This document shows positions 29,387 through 38,005 of a DNA stretch of 64,000 nucleotides, piece after piece. This stretch comes from Saccharofermentanales bacterium (lineage in GTDB: Bacteria; Bacillota; Clostridia; Saccharofermentanales; DTU023): NCBI GenBank assembly GCA_050945495.1, contig JBMNTA010000003.1:8761-72760 (forward strand), in the 5' to 3' direction. Made by a program: the position numbers and the translations under genes. Each line of letters opens with the position of its first letter. The first letter of the stretch is position 1. Under the pieces are notes generated by a model that did not search any database, was not told where the DNA came from, and saw nothing but the letters and a program-made list of their open reading frames with translations.

Positions 29387-31249
29387 CTAGCGATCGGTCA
29401 CCTTGCGACGCGACGCGATGATGACGACCGCGACCGCCAACAAAATCGTGCCCATCGCAACGTAGACAACCGTCGTCTCACCCGTGGACGGAACGTCCGG
29501 TTGATCCGGTTTTTCCGGCTTCGTGGGCGGTTCCGTGACGTCGGGTTCGGACACGTCGGGTTCCGTCACGTCGGGCTCGGTTTCGTCAGGTTCGTGTTCG
29601 CCCGGTTGGAAATCGTCGACATCGACGATCTTCAAGCGACCGTCGGTCGCATAGGTGAACGGACCGTCGGCGCTCTGCGCTTTGATCTCTTCCACGAAGA
29701 TGTCGAGCATCATGCCCAACAGCGTCACCTGTTCTTTGCCGCCGAACATCTCGTAGCCGTCACCGCCGGACGCCATGAAGTCGTTCGTCGCGAGCGTATA
29801 TTCCGCGTTCGGATCGATGGGCTTGCCGGCCACGGTGACGTTGCCGATCTGCTTGAACTTCGCGTCCTCGCCTTCCCCTTCGGTCACGATCTCCCATGTC
29901 ATGCCCGCCACGTGCGGGAAGCCGCCGGCCGGTTCGGGCCAGCTCTTGGCACCGTGCGCCAACGCGTCGATGATGTCTTGACCCGTGACCTTGATGACCG
30001 TCACCTGGTTCCCGAACGGCAAGACTTCCTGCGCTTGCCCCATGGTGATCTCACCCGCGGGGATGCTCGCGCGGATGCCGCCGCCGTTGGTCAACACTAC
30101 GTCGGCGCCGGAGGCCTTCAGCATCGCATCGGTGATCAAATTGCCGAGGTTCGTCTCACCCGTGCGGACAAACGCGCGTTCACCGACCAAATCGGTCGCC
30201 GTGCTGCCGATGACTTCGCCGAGCACAACTTCGTTCGCCTTCTCGAATGCTTCAATCTTCGCCTGGATGGTGGGATCTTCTTCGACGTCGGCAACGTCGG
30301 CGAAGTGCAACAGTTCGGCGCTTGTTTTGATGCCTTCATCGGAGACTTTGAGCGTGACTTTGCCGATGTTGTGGAAGTGCGAGCCCGTCTGGACGATCAG
30401 GGCTTTTTCGCCGTCTTTGTCGGTCACTTCGACGCCGTGATCGAACGCCTGATGGCTGTGGCCGTCAATGTAGAGGTCGACGCCCGACATCATCGATGCC
30501 AACACATCGGTGCGGACCGTCGATTCCTCATCGCAGCCCACGTGTGCCAAAACAATCACGTAATCGCACTTAAACTGATCGGTGGCGTTATCGATGATCT
30601 TTTGTGAGTAGGCCGCCAGCGCCGCGGGATCGTCGTTGTGTTCGCCCGCGTTGAAATTTAACCCCTTGGTGTGGTCCGGGTGCGCCTTGACCTTGGTTTC
30701 CGGCGTGGTGATCCCGAAGACGCCCACCGTGAATTCAGGTTCGGTTCCGATGGTGATGACTTGCCATGAACCGAATTCCTGATCACCTTGCTCGTTGGTG
30801 ATGTTCATGCCCAGCATGCCAAAGTCCGCCTTGTCACGCAAAGCGTGCAGTTGTTCGACACCGTAGTTGAACTCGTGATTGCCGAGCACCATGGCATCCA
30901 CACCAACGTCATTCATCAGCTCCACCATGTTTTCGCCCTTGGAAAGCGACGCGAAATTGGTGCCGTGCAGCGCATCGCCCGCATCAAACACAAAGACGCC
31001 GCTGGCGGCGTTCGGTCCGAACATCGCCTCATGGATGATGGTCTTGTAGCGTGCGTAGCCGATGATGCCATCGGTCACGAGATTGCCATCCTTATCGATC
31101 GCGGGGTCGCCCTTGGCGCGTCCGTGGATATCGTTCGTATGGAAAATGACAAAGGTTTGTTCGTCTGCCGAAACACCCATCGCCGGTACCACCATGATCA
31201 TTAAAGCGATCACGATGAGCGCGACGGAAAGTTTGCGCATGATCTTCAT
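29387..31249 (-). CDS. Secreted bifunctional metallophosphatase/5'-nucleotidase with C-terminal cell-wall sorting-like signal
   Basis: GGAGGA SD before the ATG at 31249. Signal peptide MKIMRKLSVALIVIALMIMVVPAMGVSA. Metallophosphatase motifs HTNDIHGR, GDALHGT, GNHEFN. 5'-nucleotidase C-terminal domain. C-terminus is VPSTG plus a hydrophobic stretch plus RRK. Confidence 0.85.
   Translation of the reverse strand: MKIMRKLSVALIVIALMIMVVPAMGVSADEQTFVIFHTNDIHGRAKGDPAIDKDGNLVTDGIIGYARYKTIIHEAMFGPNAASGVFVFDAGDALHGTNFASLSKGENMVELMNDVGVDAMVLGNHEFNYGVEQLHALRDKADFGMLGMNITNEQGDQEFGSWQVITIGTEPEFTVGVFGITTPETKVKAHPDHTKGLNFNAGEHNDDPAALAAYSQKIIDNATDQFKCDYVIVLAHVGCDEESTVRTDVLASMMSGVDLYIDGHSHQAFDHGVEVTDKDGEKALIVQTGSHFHNIGKVTLKVSDEGIKTSAELLHFADVADVEEDPTIQAKIEAFEKANEVVLGEVIGSTATDLVGERAFVRTGETNLGNLITDAMLKASGADVVLTNGGGIRASIPAGEITMGQAQEVLPFGNQVTVIKVTGQDIIDALAHGAKSWPEPAGGFPHVAGMTWEIVTEGEGEDAKFKQIGNVTVAGKPIDPNAEYTLATNDFMASGGDGYEMFGGKEQVTLLGMMLDIFVEEIKAQSADGPFTYATDGRLKIVDVDDFQPGEHEPDETEPDVTEPDVSEPDVTEPPTKPEKPDQPDVPSTGETTVVYVAMGTILLAVAVVIIASRRKVTDR
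29531..29590 (-). repeat. In-frame 15-nt tandem repeat (x4) encoding an (E)PDVT(E) linker
   Basis: Plus strand ttccgtgacgtcggg / ttcggacacgtcggg / ttccgtcacgtcggg / ctcggtttcgtcagg. Encodes EPDETEPDVTEPDVSEPDVTE just upstream of the sorting motif. Confidence 0.8.
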
Positions 31250-31319
31250 GTCGTATCCTCCTCTAACGTGGTTCGGTGCGTGTATGGTTTGAATTAAAAA
31301 GGTACGCACTCACGCTTTG

Positions 31320-31328
31320 ATCATAACA
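31320..31328 (-). promoter_or_regulatory. Candidate extended -10 promoter element for the 5'-nucleotidase gene
   Basis: Minus strand TGtTATGAT, about 70 nt upstream of the ATG at 31249. Confidence 0.3.
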
Positions 31329-31409
31329 AAAAACAACATCCGATGCACCTTTCAAGCGCTAACATGCGCGCGCATACGTTAAATATCCATAAAACATTTG
31401 TGAGATGGC

Positions 31410-32789
31410 TCAAGCAGAGCGAGATGATGTCGGGATGACACGACGTCGGATCCATACATAAAGGGCGATCGAAACGAACATCGCGCCGGCGTCGGAGATC
31501 ACGTAGGCGTACCAGACATCGTCCAGATGCCGACTCGCAAACAGCCGAGCGAGGGGCAACAGCAACACGAGCTGGCGAAACAGCGACACAAAGAGGCTGA
31601 ATTCCCCGCGCCCCAAGGCTTGGAAGGCATTCGAGAGCATGATCGACACGCCCGCGAAGACGAAGCACAACGAGATGCGCCGAAGGGCCGGAATCCCCAT
31701 CGCACGCAAGGCGTCGGTCGCGCTGAAGATGCTCAAGAGCGCGTCGGGGAAGCACTGGAAAATCACGGTGGCCGTCGCCATGATGATCAACGTGACGGCG
31801 AGCCCCTTCTTCAACGTCTCGCGAACGCGATCGTACCGGTCGGCGCCGTAGTTGTATGCCATGAGGGGGAGCATCCCCTGCCCCATGCCGAACACCGGCA
31901 TAAAGACGAAAGACTCAAGCTTCATGTAGACGCCCATCACCGTGATGGCCATCTCGGAAAACGGCTTGATGATGGCATTGAAGGCCAATCCGACGAGCGA
32001 GGTCACCGACATCATCACCAACGACGGCAAACCGACGCGGTAGATGGACCGTAAGATCTTCGGCTCGAAACGAAAGCCGCCGAGACGGACCGTGACCGTG
32101 GTCTCTTTTTTGAACAATAAATAGACGGCCACGGCGCCCGCGATCCATTGCGAGACGATCGTCGCGACGGCCGCCCCCGCCACGCCCATCGCCGGAAACC
32201 CGAGATGGCCGAAGATCATGATGGGGTCGAGCACGATGTTCAAGACGGCCCCCAAAATCTGAATGGCCATGGCGCGGGTCATGTGGCCGGTCGCCTGAAA
32301 GATCTTTTCGCAATGCAATTGCCAAAACAATCCCAGGGATCCGACCGTCACAATGCGGAGGTACGCGATGCTGTCGGCCGCGACCCCGGGATGATCGGTG
32401 AATGCGTGCGCCACCGCGGGAGCGACAAAGTAGCCGACCCCCATGAACAACGCGGTGTTGATGAAGGAGAGCACAAACCCGTGCGTCGCGGCCTTCGACG
32501 CCGAGCGCTCGTTCCCCGCGCCGAGGCTGCGCGCCACGTAGGAATTGACGCCGACGGACGTGCCGACACCGAACGCCACCATCAATTGGGCGACGGGAAA
32601 AATGATCGAGACGGCGCGCATCGCCTCTTCCGCCACCATGCTGACGAAGATGCTGTCGACGATGTTGTACATCGATGCGATCAACATCGAGAGCACGGCC
32701 GGTCCCGACATTTTCAAAAGCAACGGCAAAATCGGCGCGTTGCCCATCCGCGTGGTTTTATCTACGGGCTGCTTCGACATACTCCCCAT
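31410..32789 (-). CDS. MATE family efflux transporter
   Basis: About 460 aa, 12-TM type, with N-terminal PILPLLLKMSGPAVLSMLIASMYNIVDSIFV typical of MATE pumps. The ORF is open to 33089, but that part overlaps the methyltransferase gene and is Arg/Cys-rich. Start taken at ATG 32789 (or 32780). Confidence 0.85.
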   Translation of the reverse strand: MGSMSKQPVDKTTRMGNAPILPLLLKMSGPAVLSMLIASMYNIVDSIFVSMVAEEAMRAVSIIFPVAQLMVAFGVGTSVGVNSYVARSLGAGNERSASKAATHGFVLSFINTALFMGVGYFVAPAVAHAFTDHPGVAADSIAYLRIVTVGSLGLFWQLHCEKIFQATGHMTRAMAIQILGAVLNIVLDPIMIFGHLGFPAMGVAGAAVATIVSQWIAGAVAVYLLFKKETTVTVRLGGFRFEPKILRSIYRVGLPSLVMMSVTSLVGLAFNAIIKPFSEMAITVMGVYMKLESFVFMPVFGMGQGMLPLMAYNYGADRYDRVRETLKKGLAVTLIIMATATVIFQCFPDALLSIFSATDALRAMGIPALRRISLCFVFAGVSIMLSNAFQALGRGEFSLFVSLFRQLVLLLPLARLFASRHLDDVWYAYVISDAGAMFVSIALYVWIRRRVIPTSSRSA

Positions 32790-32805
32790 TAAACCATACG
32801 TGCGC

Positions 32806-33591
32806 TCAAGCGTCTCGGAGATACAAAAAGCGTGCTTTGCGCGACCAAAATTCCGGCCGCACGTGCCGTCCGTCCTCGCTGCGCATGCGCAGCATCTCGA
32901 AGAGGCGCGCTTCATCGTTCGGCGTGCCGCCGTCGGGATGGAGCCAATGCAGATAACGCGGCAAAATGCTTGAAATCGACTCCATGCCGCTCCGACGCCG
33001 CTCCAAGACGTCGCAGCGCACCTCCAAGCCGCGCGTTTCAAAGAAGTGGAGGATGGCCTTCGGGTCTTGCGTCTTAAACGTTTTGTCATGACCGTGGACG
33101 GCGCGGTGGATGTCCTGATAGAACGTATCTTGGCGATCGATGAACGTGACGAGGCAGAGGCCTAGGCGCGTGCACGTGAGCATTTTTTCCAGGTTGGACT
33201 CAAAATCAAGGGCCGGCGTGTTGATCGCGATGACGATGTCGAACGCCGCTTCCAGCCCTTCGACGGCGGGATCGACCGCCTCCCACGGCGCTTCGATGAA
33301 ACGATAGTCGGACGGGTCAAATCCGGCACGTCGGAACGCGCGCTCGCCCACGTCGATCATGCGGTCGGCGATTTCGACGCCCACGACCAAGTCGCCCCCG
33401 CGCCGCAAAACCTCGGCCATGTAACGACCGGTTCCGCAGCCGACATCCAACAGGCGACAACCGGCGATTCCGATGGCGTCGTCGAGAAAATCGATGAGCT
33501 CGCGCCCCTCGTCGTTCACCTCCGTCGGGAAGGTCGAGGCACGGCGATTCCACTGATCGCGTAAATCCTTGAATCGTTCAGGGTCCTGCAT
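32806..33591 (-). CDS. Class I SAM-dependent methyltransferase
   Basis: SAM-binding motif I LLDVGCGTGRY. GAGGGAG SD 6 nt before the ATG at 33591. Confidence 0.75.
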   Translation of the reverse strand: MQDPERFKDLRDQWNRRASTFPTEVNDEGRELIDFLDDAIGIAGCRLLDVGCGTGRYMAEVLRRGGDLVVGVEIADRMIDVGERAFRRAGFDPSDYRFIEAPWEAVDPAVEGLEAAFDIVIAINTPALDFESNLEKMLTCTRLGLCLVTFIDRQDTFYQDIHRAVHGHDKTFKTQDPKAILHFFETRGLEVRCDVLERRRSGMESISSILPRYLHWLHPDGGTPNDEARLFEMLRMRSEDGRHVRPEFWSRKARFLYLRDA

Positions 33592-33603
33592 GGCCAACTC
33601 CCT

Positions 33604-33641
33604 CGAAAACAAAGAGGCGATCCCCTTTCGGACATCGCCTC
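33604..33641 (-). terminator. Rho-independent terminator after tRNA-Ser
   Basis: Minus strand GAGGCGAT-(12 nt)-ATCGCCTC followed by TTTGTTTT. It begins 3 nt after the tRNA 3' end. Confidence 0.55.
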
Positions 33642-33643
33642 CG

Positions 33644-33734
33644 TGGCGGAGATGGAGGGATTCGAACCCTCGTGCCGGTCACCCGACAAACGCTTTTCGA
33701 GAGCGCCCCGTTACGGCCACTTCGGTACATCTCC
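33644..33734 (-). tRNA. tRNA-Ser (anticodon CGA), class II with long variable arm, CCA encoded
   Basis: Minus strand GGAGATG..CCG-AAGTGGCCGTAA-CGG..GCGCT-CTCGAAA-AGCGT..long variable arm..GAGGG-TTCGAAT-CCCTC-CATCTCC-G-CCA. The 7-bp acceptor, T-loop and U33/A37 are all consistent with a tRNA. Confidence 0.9.
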
Positions 33735-33821
33735 ATCTTGCCGTGATGCGCGGAACGCGCCGCGCAAAGCACAGTTTAACACATAAATGCGATCCGCGAC
33801 CAGTCGCGTGCGAAACAATGG

Positions 33822-34778
33822 CTACGAGCCGCGAAAGCGATCGAAGAAATCTTTCGAGAGCAGGGGATTTTGCGAAATGCCCGAGACCATTTCCTCGTAT
33901 CGTGCCACGATGGCATCGCCCAACGGCAGACCGCGGTAAATCGCGTATCGGTGGAAAAAACGATCGATATCGACGCGCGATTCGTAGATCTCGCTTGCAA
34001 TGGCCGCAATGAAAACGCGACTGTTCGGCAGCGCGATCTCCGAGATGAGCGGGATGCGATTCCAGATCACGCGATGCGGCCCCAGATCGACCGACGGCGT
34101 CGTCCGACGCGAACGCCCGCCGGGCGTTTGGTGCGTGTCGCGCACAAACCGAATGTCTTCCAAAATGGCGCACAAATCGGCGAGTGCGCGGGCAACCGAC
34201 GAGCGCGGATAGCAGAATTGGAACGTCGTCCAACCGCAGATGTAAAGGTAATGACTCGCGCGCAGGCGAATGATGTTCTGGATCGGATCCGTTTCGGAAC
34301 GCTTCTTGAGATTCGCAAGCGTCATGAACAATGTGCTCAAGTCGCGATAATCGAGTCGGTACGCCAGTTGTTCGAGCTGTTCCTCCGTCTCCACCTTCTT
34401 GACCTGATTGATGAGCCACGTCGCGTGATGTTCCGTCTGCTCCACCAAAAGCTCAAACGGCAGCGGATGCAATTCGCGACACGTATCGAGCGCTTCCTCG
34501 AACGTGCGACAGCTGAGCGGCACGCGCGGCACGAGCGGCTCGCTCTGGATGTGCAGCACGGGCGGCGGGGCGTCGGCTGCGGCATCGTCGTCTTCCGGTG
34601 CGTCCTCGGGCGTGGGCACGGGCTCGAACTCGATCGCGAAATCGGCGCGATCGATGATCGTTTGCGCGACGTCGACGTCGGGTGCGACGGCCTCGTCGGC
34701 AGGCTCCGACGGCCTCGACGGCAGGTCGAGTTTAAACGGCCGAATGCGGCGTTCGTCGGAGCGTTCGCGGTCGTTCAC
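33822..34778 (-). CDS. Hypothetical cytoplasmic protein (orphan B): acidic/Pro-rich N-terminus plus C-terminal domain of about 220 aa
   Basis: 318-aa ORF. The GTG at 34778 is preceded by GGAGGG, which overlaps the stop of the upstream gene. GC3-rich codon usage like the neighbours. No TM segment and no motif I recognise. Confidence 0.6.
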   Translation of the reverse strand: MNDRERSDERRIRPFKLDLPSRPSEPADEAVAPDVDVAQTIIDRADFAIEFEPVPTPEDAPEDDDAAADAPPPVLHIQSEPLVPRVPLSCRTFEEALDTCRELHPLPFELLVEQTEHHATWLINQVKKVETEEQLEQLAYRLDYRDLSTLFMTLANLKKRSETDPIQNIIRLRASHYLYICGWTTFQFCYPRSSVARALADLCAILEDIRFVRDTHQTPGGRSRRTTPSVDLGPHRVIWNRIPLISEIALPNSRVFIAAIASEIYESRVDIDRFFHRYAIYRGLPLGDAIVARYEEMVSGISQNPLLSKDFFDRFRGS

Positions 34779-34789
34779 GTCCGTCCCTC

Positions 34790-36340
34790 CTAGAAGTCGC
34801 GTCCCTTGCCGGACGCGCGAATGGCCGGCGGCAATTGGTCGATGGCGTCGCGAATCTCGGCCGTCGTGAACGTCAGACGTTCCACCACCTCGGCCAGGTT
34901 CGCATCGAAGTCATCGAGCGTGCGCATCACGTATTGACTCGATTCTTGCGTGAAGTTGGTTGTGTTCTCGCCGATCTGTCGGCTCAAATTTTGCAAGGCC
35001 GCAAGCTGCGTCTCGAACCGAGCGATCATCACCGAGGCCTGGCGATTCTGATTCGCCGCCATGTCAACGGCTTGATCGATCGCCTTGGCACTCTCGCCGA
35101 TGCCGCGCTCAATTTGCGATGAGTAGTGATCCAATTGCTCCGTCATCATTTCGATGTGACGGGCCAGGCTCGTCTCTTCGCCGGCGTACAGCGCCGTCAT
35201 CTTGTCGGTGCTCGTCCCGATGATCTCGAGGTTGTCGCTGATGGAAGCCATCTCGTTCGCAATGTCGTTTTTGGCCAGCGCCATGAGACGCATCACTTCG
35301 CGGACATCGTCGTTGATGACGCGGTTGTCCTCGCGCACCTGCTTCAGCGCGGCCGTCGACTCGGCCATCATGTCGGCGCTTTGCTCGGCGACGAGGTAAA
35401 GCGTCTGCAATTTATCCGGCAGTTGGTTCAAGTGCGTCGACAGCGACTGCGCAACGGCCCCCGAGAACGTATCGGCCAATTCCGCCATGCCCTCGGATTG
35501 TTTCTCGGCCAAAGCAACGGCCAAATCCGTCAGCGCCCGATTCGCCTCGTTCAACGGCGGCGCCACTTCTTCGCTCATGATCTCACGCACGCTCGTCTTG
35601 ATCCCTTCGGCAAATTCCCCCGTCGCAAGCTCATCGGCCAACGCGGTGAACTGATGGATCTCCTCGCGCATCTTTTCGTGGTAGCCGATCAGTTCGCTGA
35701 CGAGGAAGGCGACGCCCGCGCGGTCTTGGAGGACCGACGTCGCGGCCGCGATCGCCCCGGTGACCGCGCGACGATCGTTGCCGATCTCGGCGGCCGTCGA
35801 ACGGCCGTGCCATACGAGGAACAGCGCGGCCACGGCGCCGATCGCCAACAGCGGCAAAGCCAACGCCCACGGATTCAGCGGGAAGGCCACCGCGGAAGCA
35901 AACGTGAAGAAAGCGCCGCTGCCGATCGCCGAAAGCGCAAACGCTCCCCATGCGAGCAGCTTCGATCGATGGGTGGCGCCCTGCGACTCAAAAAGACCGA
36001 CATCGGCATAGAGCGATGCAGGATCGGGCAACCAGCGACCTTCGTAGTTCATGCGACTCAAGCGCCCCAGGCGTTCGCCCAATCGCGCCACGCCCGGATC
36101 GGACGACGCGGCCAGTCGATCGGCCACCTCGGGGGCCGTCGGCCCCGCATCCTCGCCGAACGCTTTCAGAGCGTCGAAGGCGGCATCGCGGGACGCCTGC
36201 GATGCTTTGCGCGCGCGATGGTTTCGGACAATCCCGATCACCATCACCAAGATCGCCACCGCGGCGATCGCCGCAACGGCGATCACGCCGCCTTGTTGGG
36301 TCGCGGTCCATGTCTGCCACGCGAGTAACGAAAGGTTCAT
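34790..36340 (-). CDS. Hypothetical membrane protein (orphan A): TM1, loop, TM hairpin, helical tail of about 335 aa
   Basis: GAGGTG SD 6 nt before the ATG at 36340 (ORF open to the GTG at 36349). Hydrophobic segments at aa 20-41 and 131-180. The remainder is Ala/Glu/Gln/Leu-rich. No MCP, HAMP or kinase motifs. Confidence 0.6.
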   Translation of the reverse strand: MNLSLLAWQTWTATQQGGVIAVAAIAAVAILVMVIGIVRNHRARKASQASRDAAFDALKAFGEDAGPTAPEVADRLAASSDPGVARLGERLGRLSRMNYEGRWLPDPASLYADVGLFESQGATHRSKLLAWGAFALSAIGSGAFFTFASAVAFPLNPWALALPLLAIGAVAALFLVWHGRSTAAEIGNDRRAVTGAIAAATSVLQDRAGVAFLVSELIGYHEKMREEIHQFTALADELATGEFAEGIKTSVREIMSEEVAPPLNEANRALTDLAVALAEKQSEGMAELADTFSGAVAQSLSTHLNQLPDKLQTLYLVAEQSADMMAESTAALKQVREDNRVINDDVREVMRLMALAKNDIANEMASISDNLEIIGTSTDKMTALYAGEETSLARHIEMMTEQLDHYSSQIERGIGESAKAIDQAVDMAANQNRQASVMIARFETQLAALQNLSRQIGENTTNFTQESSQYVMRTLDDFDANLAEVVERLTFTTAEIRDAIDQLPPAIRASGKGRDF

Positions 36341-36366
36341 GTCTAACACCTCACTTAACGTCGGAT

Positions 36367-37458
36367 CTACGGGCGCTCGCGTTCGAGGGCGAGCTCAATC
36401 AGTTCTTCCAGCACCGCATCATCGGCATGGCCGGACGCACGCAAGAGACGCGGATACATGCTGATGTTGACGAATCCCGGAATGGTATTGACTTCATTGA
36501 CAAACAATTGACCGTCGTCGGACAAAAAGAAATCGATGCGCGCCATGCCGTACAAATCGAGCACGGCCCACACCCGCGTCGCCCACCATTCGAGCGACGC
36601 GCGCTCCTCGGGCGACAACTTGGCGGGAATGATCAATTGCGATGTCGAATCGTCTTCGTATTTGGAGTCGTAATCGTAAAATTCGCGGTCGGGCACGATT
36701 TCGCCGGCGCACGACAAGGTCGGCCATTGGTAGCCGCCGATCGCGGCGATCTCCAATTCACGCCCCCGCACGCCCTGCTCGACCACGGCTTTTCGATCGA
36801 ATCGCAACGCATGCTCGATCGCCTCGGCAAGCGTCGCTTTCGAGGCCACTCGCGTGATGCCGAGGGAGGAGCCCGCGCGGGCGGGCTTCACAAAGACGGG
36901 AAACAAGAGCGTGTCGGCAATGTCATCGAGCATGGCGGCGGCATCCCGATGCCACGTGAGTTCATCGATCGGGTACCACGGCGTGTGCGGGATGTCGTGG
37001 CCATCGAAGATCGTGTTCGCCATGATCTTATCCATGGCGACGGCGCTGGCGGTCATGCCGCACCCGACAAACGGCAGATCGGCCAATTCCAACATGCCCT
37101 GCAGCGTCCCATCTTCACCGTACGGCCCGTGGAGCACGGGAAACACGACGTCGACGTGCGCATGTTCGATCTTGCCCGAACGCTGAATGTGCAAAAACGG
37201 ACGCCGCGTGTCCGGCACGAGCGTCGCCGGATACACGGGGCCGTGATCGAGCCACGTGCCGTCGCGCATGGCGGCCGTATCCCCTTCATAGGAAAACCAG
37301 GCGCCGTCGCGCGTGATACCGACGGGCAAGAGATAAAAGCGTTCGTTGCCGCGCAGGGTGTCGATAATGTAAGCGGCGGACGAACGCGAGACATCGTGCT
37401 CGCCGGAACGTCCGCCGAAAAGGACAACAACGTTTAGAAGCGTTGAGCGATCACTCAT
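36367..37458 (-). CDS. ddl: D-alanine--D-alanine ligase
   Basis: 363 aa. VVVLFGGRSGEHDVS N-terminus and an ATP-grasp domain ending in ARIDFFLSDDGQLFVNEVNTIPGF. Confidence 0.95.
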   Translation of the reverse strand: MSDRSTLLNVVVLFGGRSGEHDVSRSSAAYIIDTLRGNERFYLLPVGITRDGAWFSYEGDTAAMRDGTWLDHGPVYPATLVPDTRRPFLHIQRSGKIEHAHVDVVFPVLHGPYGEDGTLQGMLELADLPFVGCGMTASAVAMDKIMANTIFDGHDIPHTPWYPIDELTWHRDAAAMLDDIADTLLFPVFVKPARAGSSLGITRVASKATLAEAIEHALRFDRKAVVEQGVRGRELEIAAIGGYQWPTLSCAGEIVPDREFYDYDSKYEDDSTSQLIIPAKLSPEERASLEWWATRVWAVLDLYGMARIDFFLSDDGQLFVNEVNTIPGFVNISMYPRLLRASGHADDAVLEELIELALERERP

Positions 37459-37976
37459 TCAAGCTCCTTCTTATTGCGCGTGATGTTCACCAAAATGTCG
37501 GTCAGATGTTCCTCCAGATTTGTCAACATTTCGCGGGTATAGGCGATGGCGTTCGCGCGAATCTCATTGCTCTGTCGCGTCGCATCGTCCATCATCACTT
37601 GCGCATTGTTGATGGCCTGCTGCGTGATTTCATGCTCATCGATCATGCGGGCCATCTGAACCTCGGCGTCGCGCCGAATCGTTTCGGCCTCGCGACGCGC
37701 CTGAGCCGTCAATTGACGGTTTTGCTGCAAGACCCAACGGGCTTGTTCCAGTTCTTCCGGCAAGGCGGCGTTCACCATGCGGATCAGGTACAACATCTCC
37801 TCACGATCCACCATGCAGCGGTCCGAGAATGGGACGTTCTTGGCGTTCTCCACTTCCGCTTCCATACGTTTCAAGAGCGTCGCGACGCTGCGCTCTTCAC
37901 GCACACGCGGCGGCCCGACCGGCGGATCCGGCACGTCCGGTTCCTGCATGTCCCGTCGATCATCGTAGTCGTTCAT
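37455..37976 (-). CDS. Hypothetical coiled-coil protein
   Basis: 173 aa. Acidic/Pro N-terminus, then a continuous Gln/Arg/Glu/Ala-rich helical region. ATGA overlap with the ddl start. Confidence 0.55.
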   Translation of the reverse strand: MNDYDDRRDMQEPDVPDPPVGPPRVREERSVATLLKRMEAEVENAKNVPFSDRCMVDREEMLYLIRMVNAALPEELEQARWVLQQNRQLTAQARREAETIRRDAEVQMARMIDEHEITQQAINNAQVMMDDATRQSNEIRANAIAYTREMLTNLEEHLTDILVNITRNKKELE

Positions 37977-38005
37977 AACGTTTCCTCCTCGAGTCCGTCG
38001 GACCC

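Noticed and set aside
29531-29590. The short tandem repeats could be a CRISPR-like or intergenic repeat array.
   Set aside because: The repeats are 15 nt, contiguous with no spacers, in-frame, and lie inside the nucleotidase CDS, where they encode an EPDVT linker.
33644-36349. The orphan pair next to tRNA-Ser could be a tRNA-targeted genomic island.
   Set aside because: I saw no integrase, recombinase or transposase, and no direct repeat of the tRNA 3' end. Base composition and codon bias look the same as in the flanking core genes. The pair is packed directly behind ddl as if in one operon.
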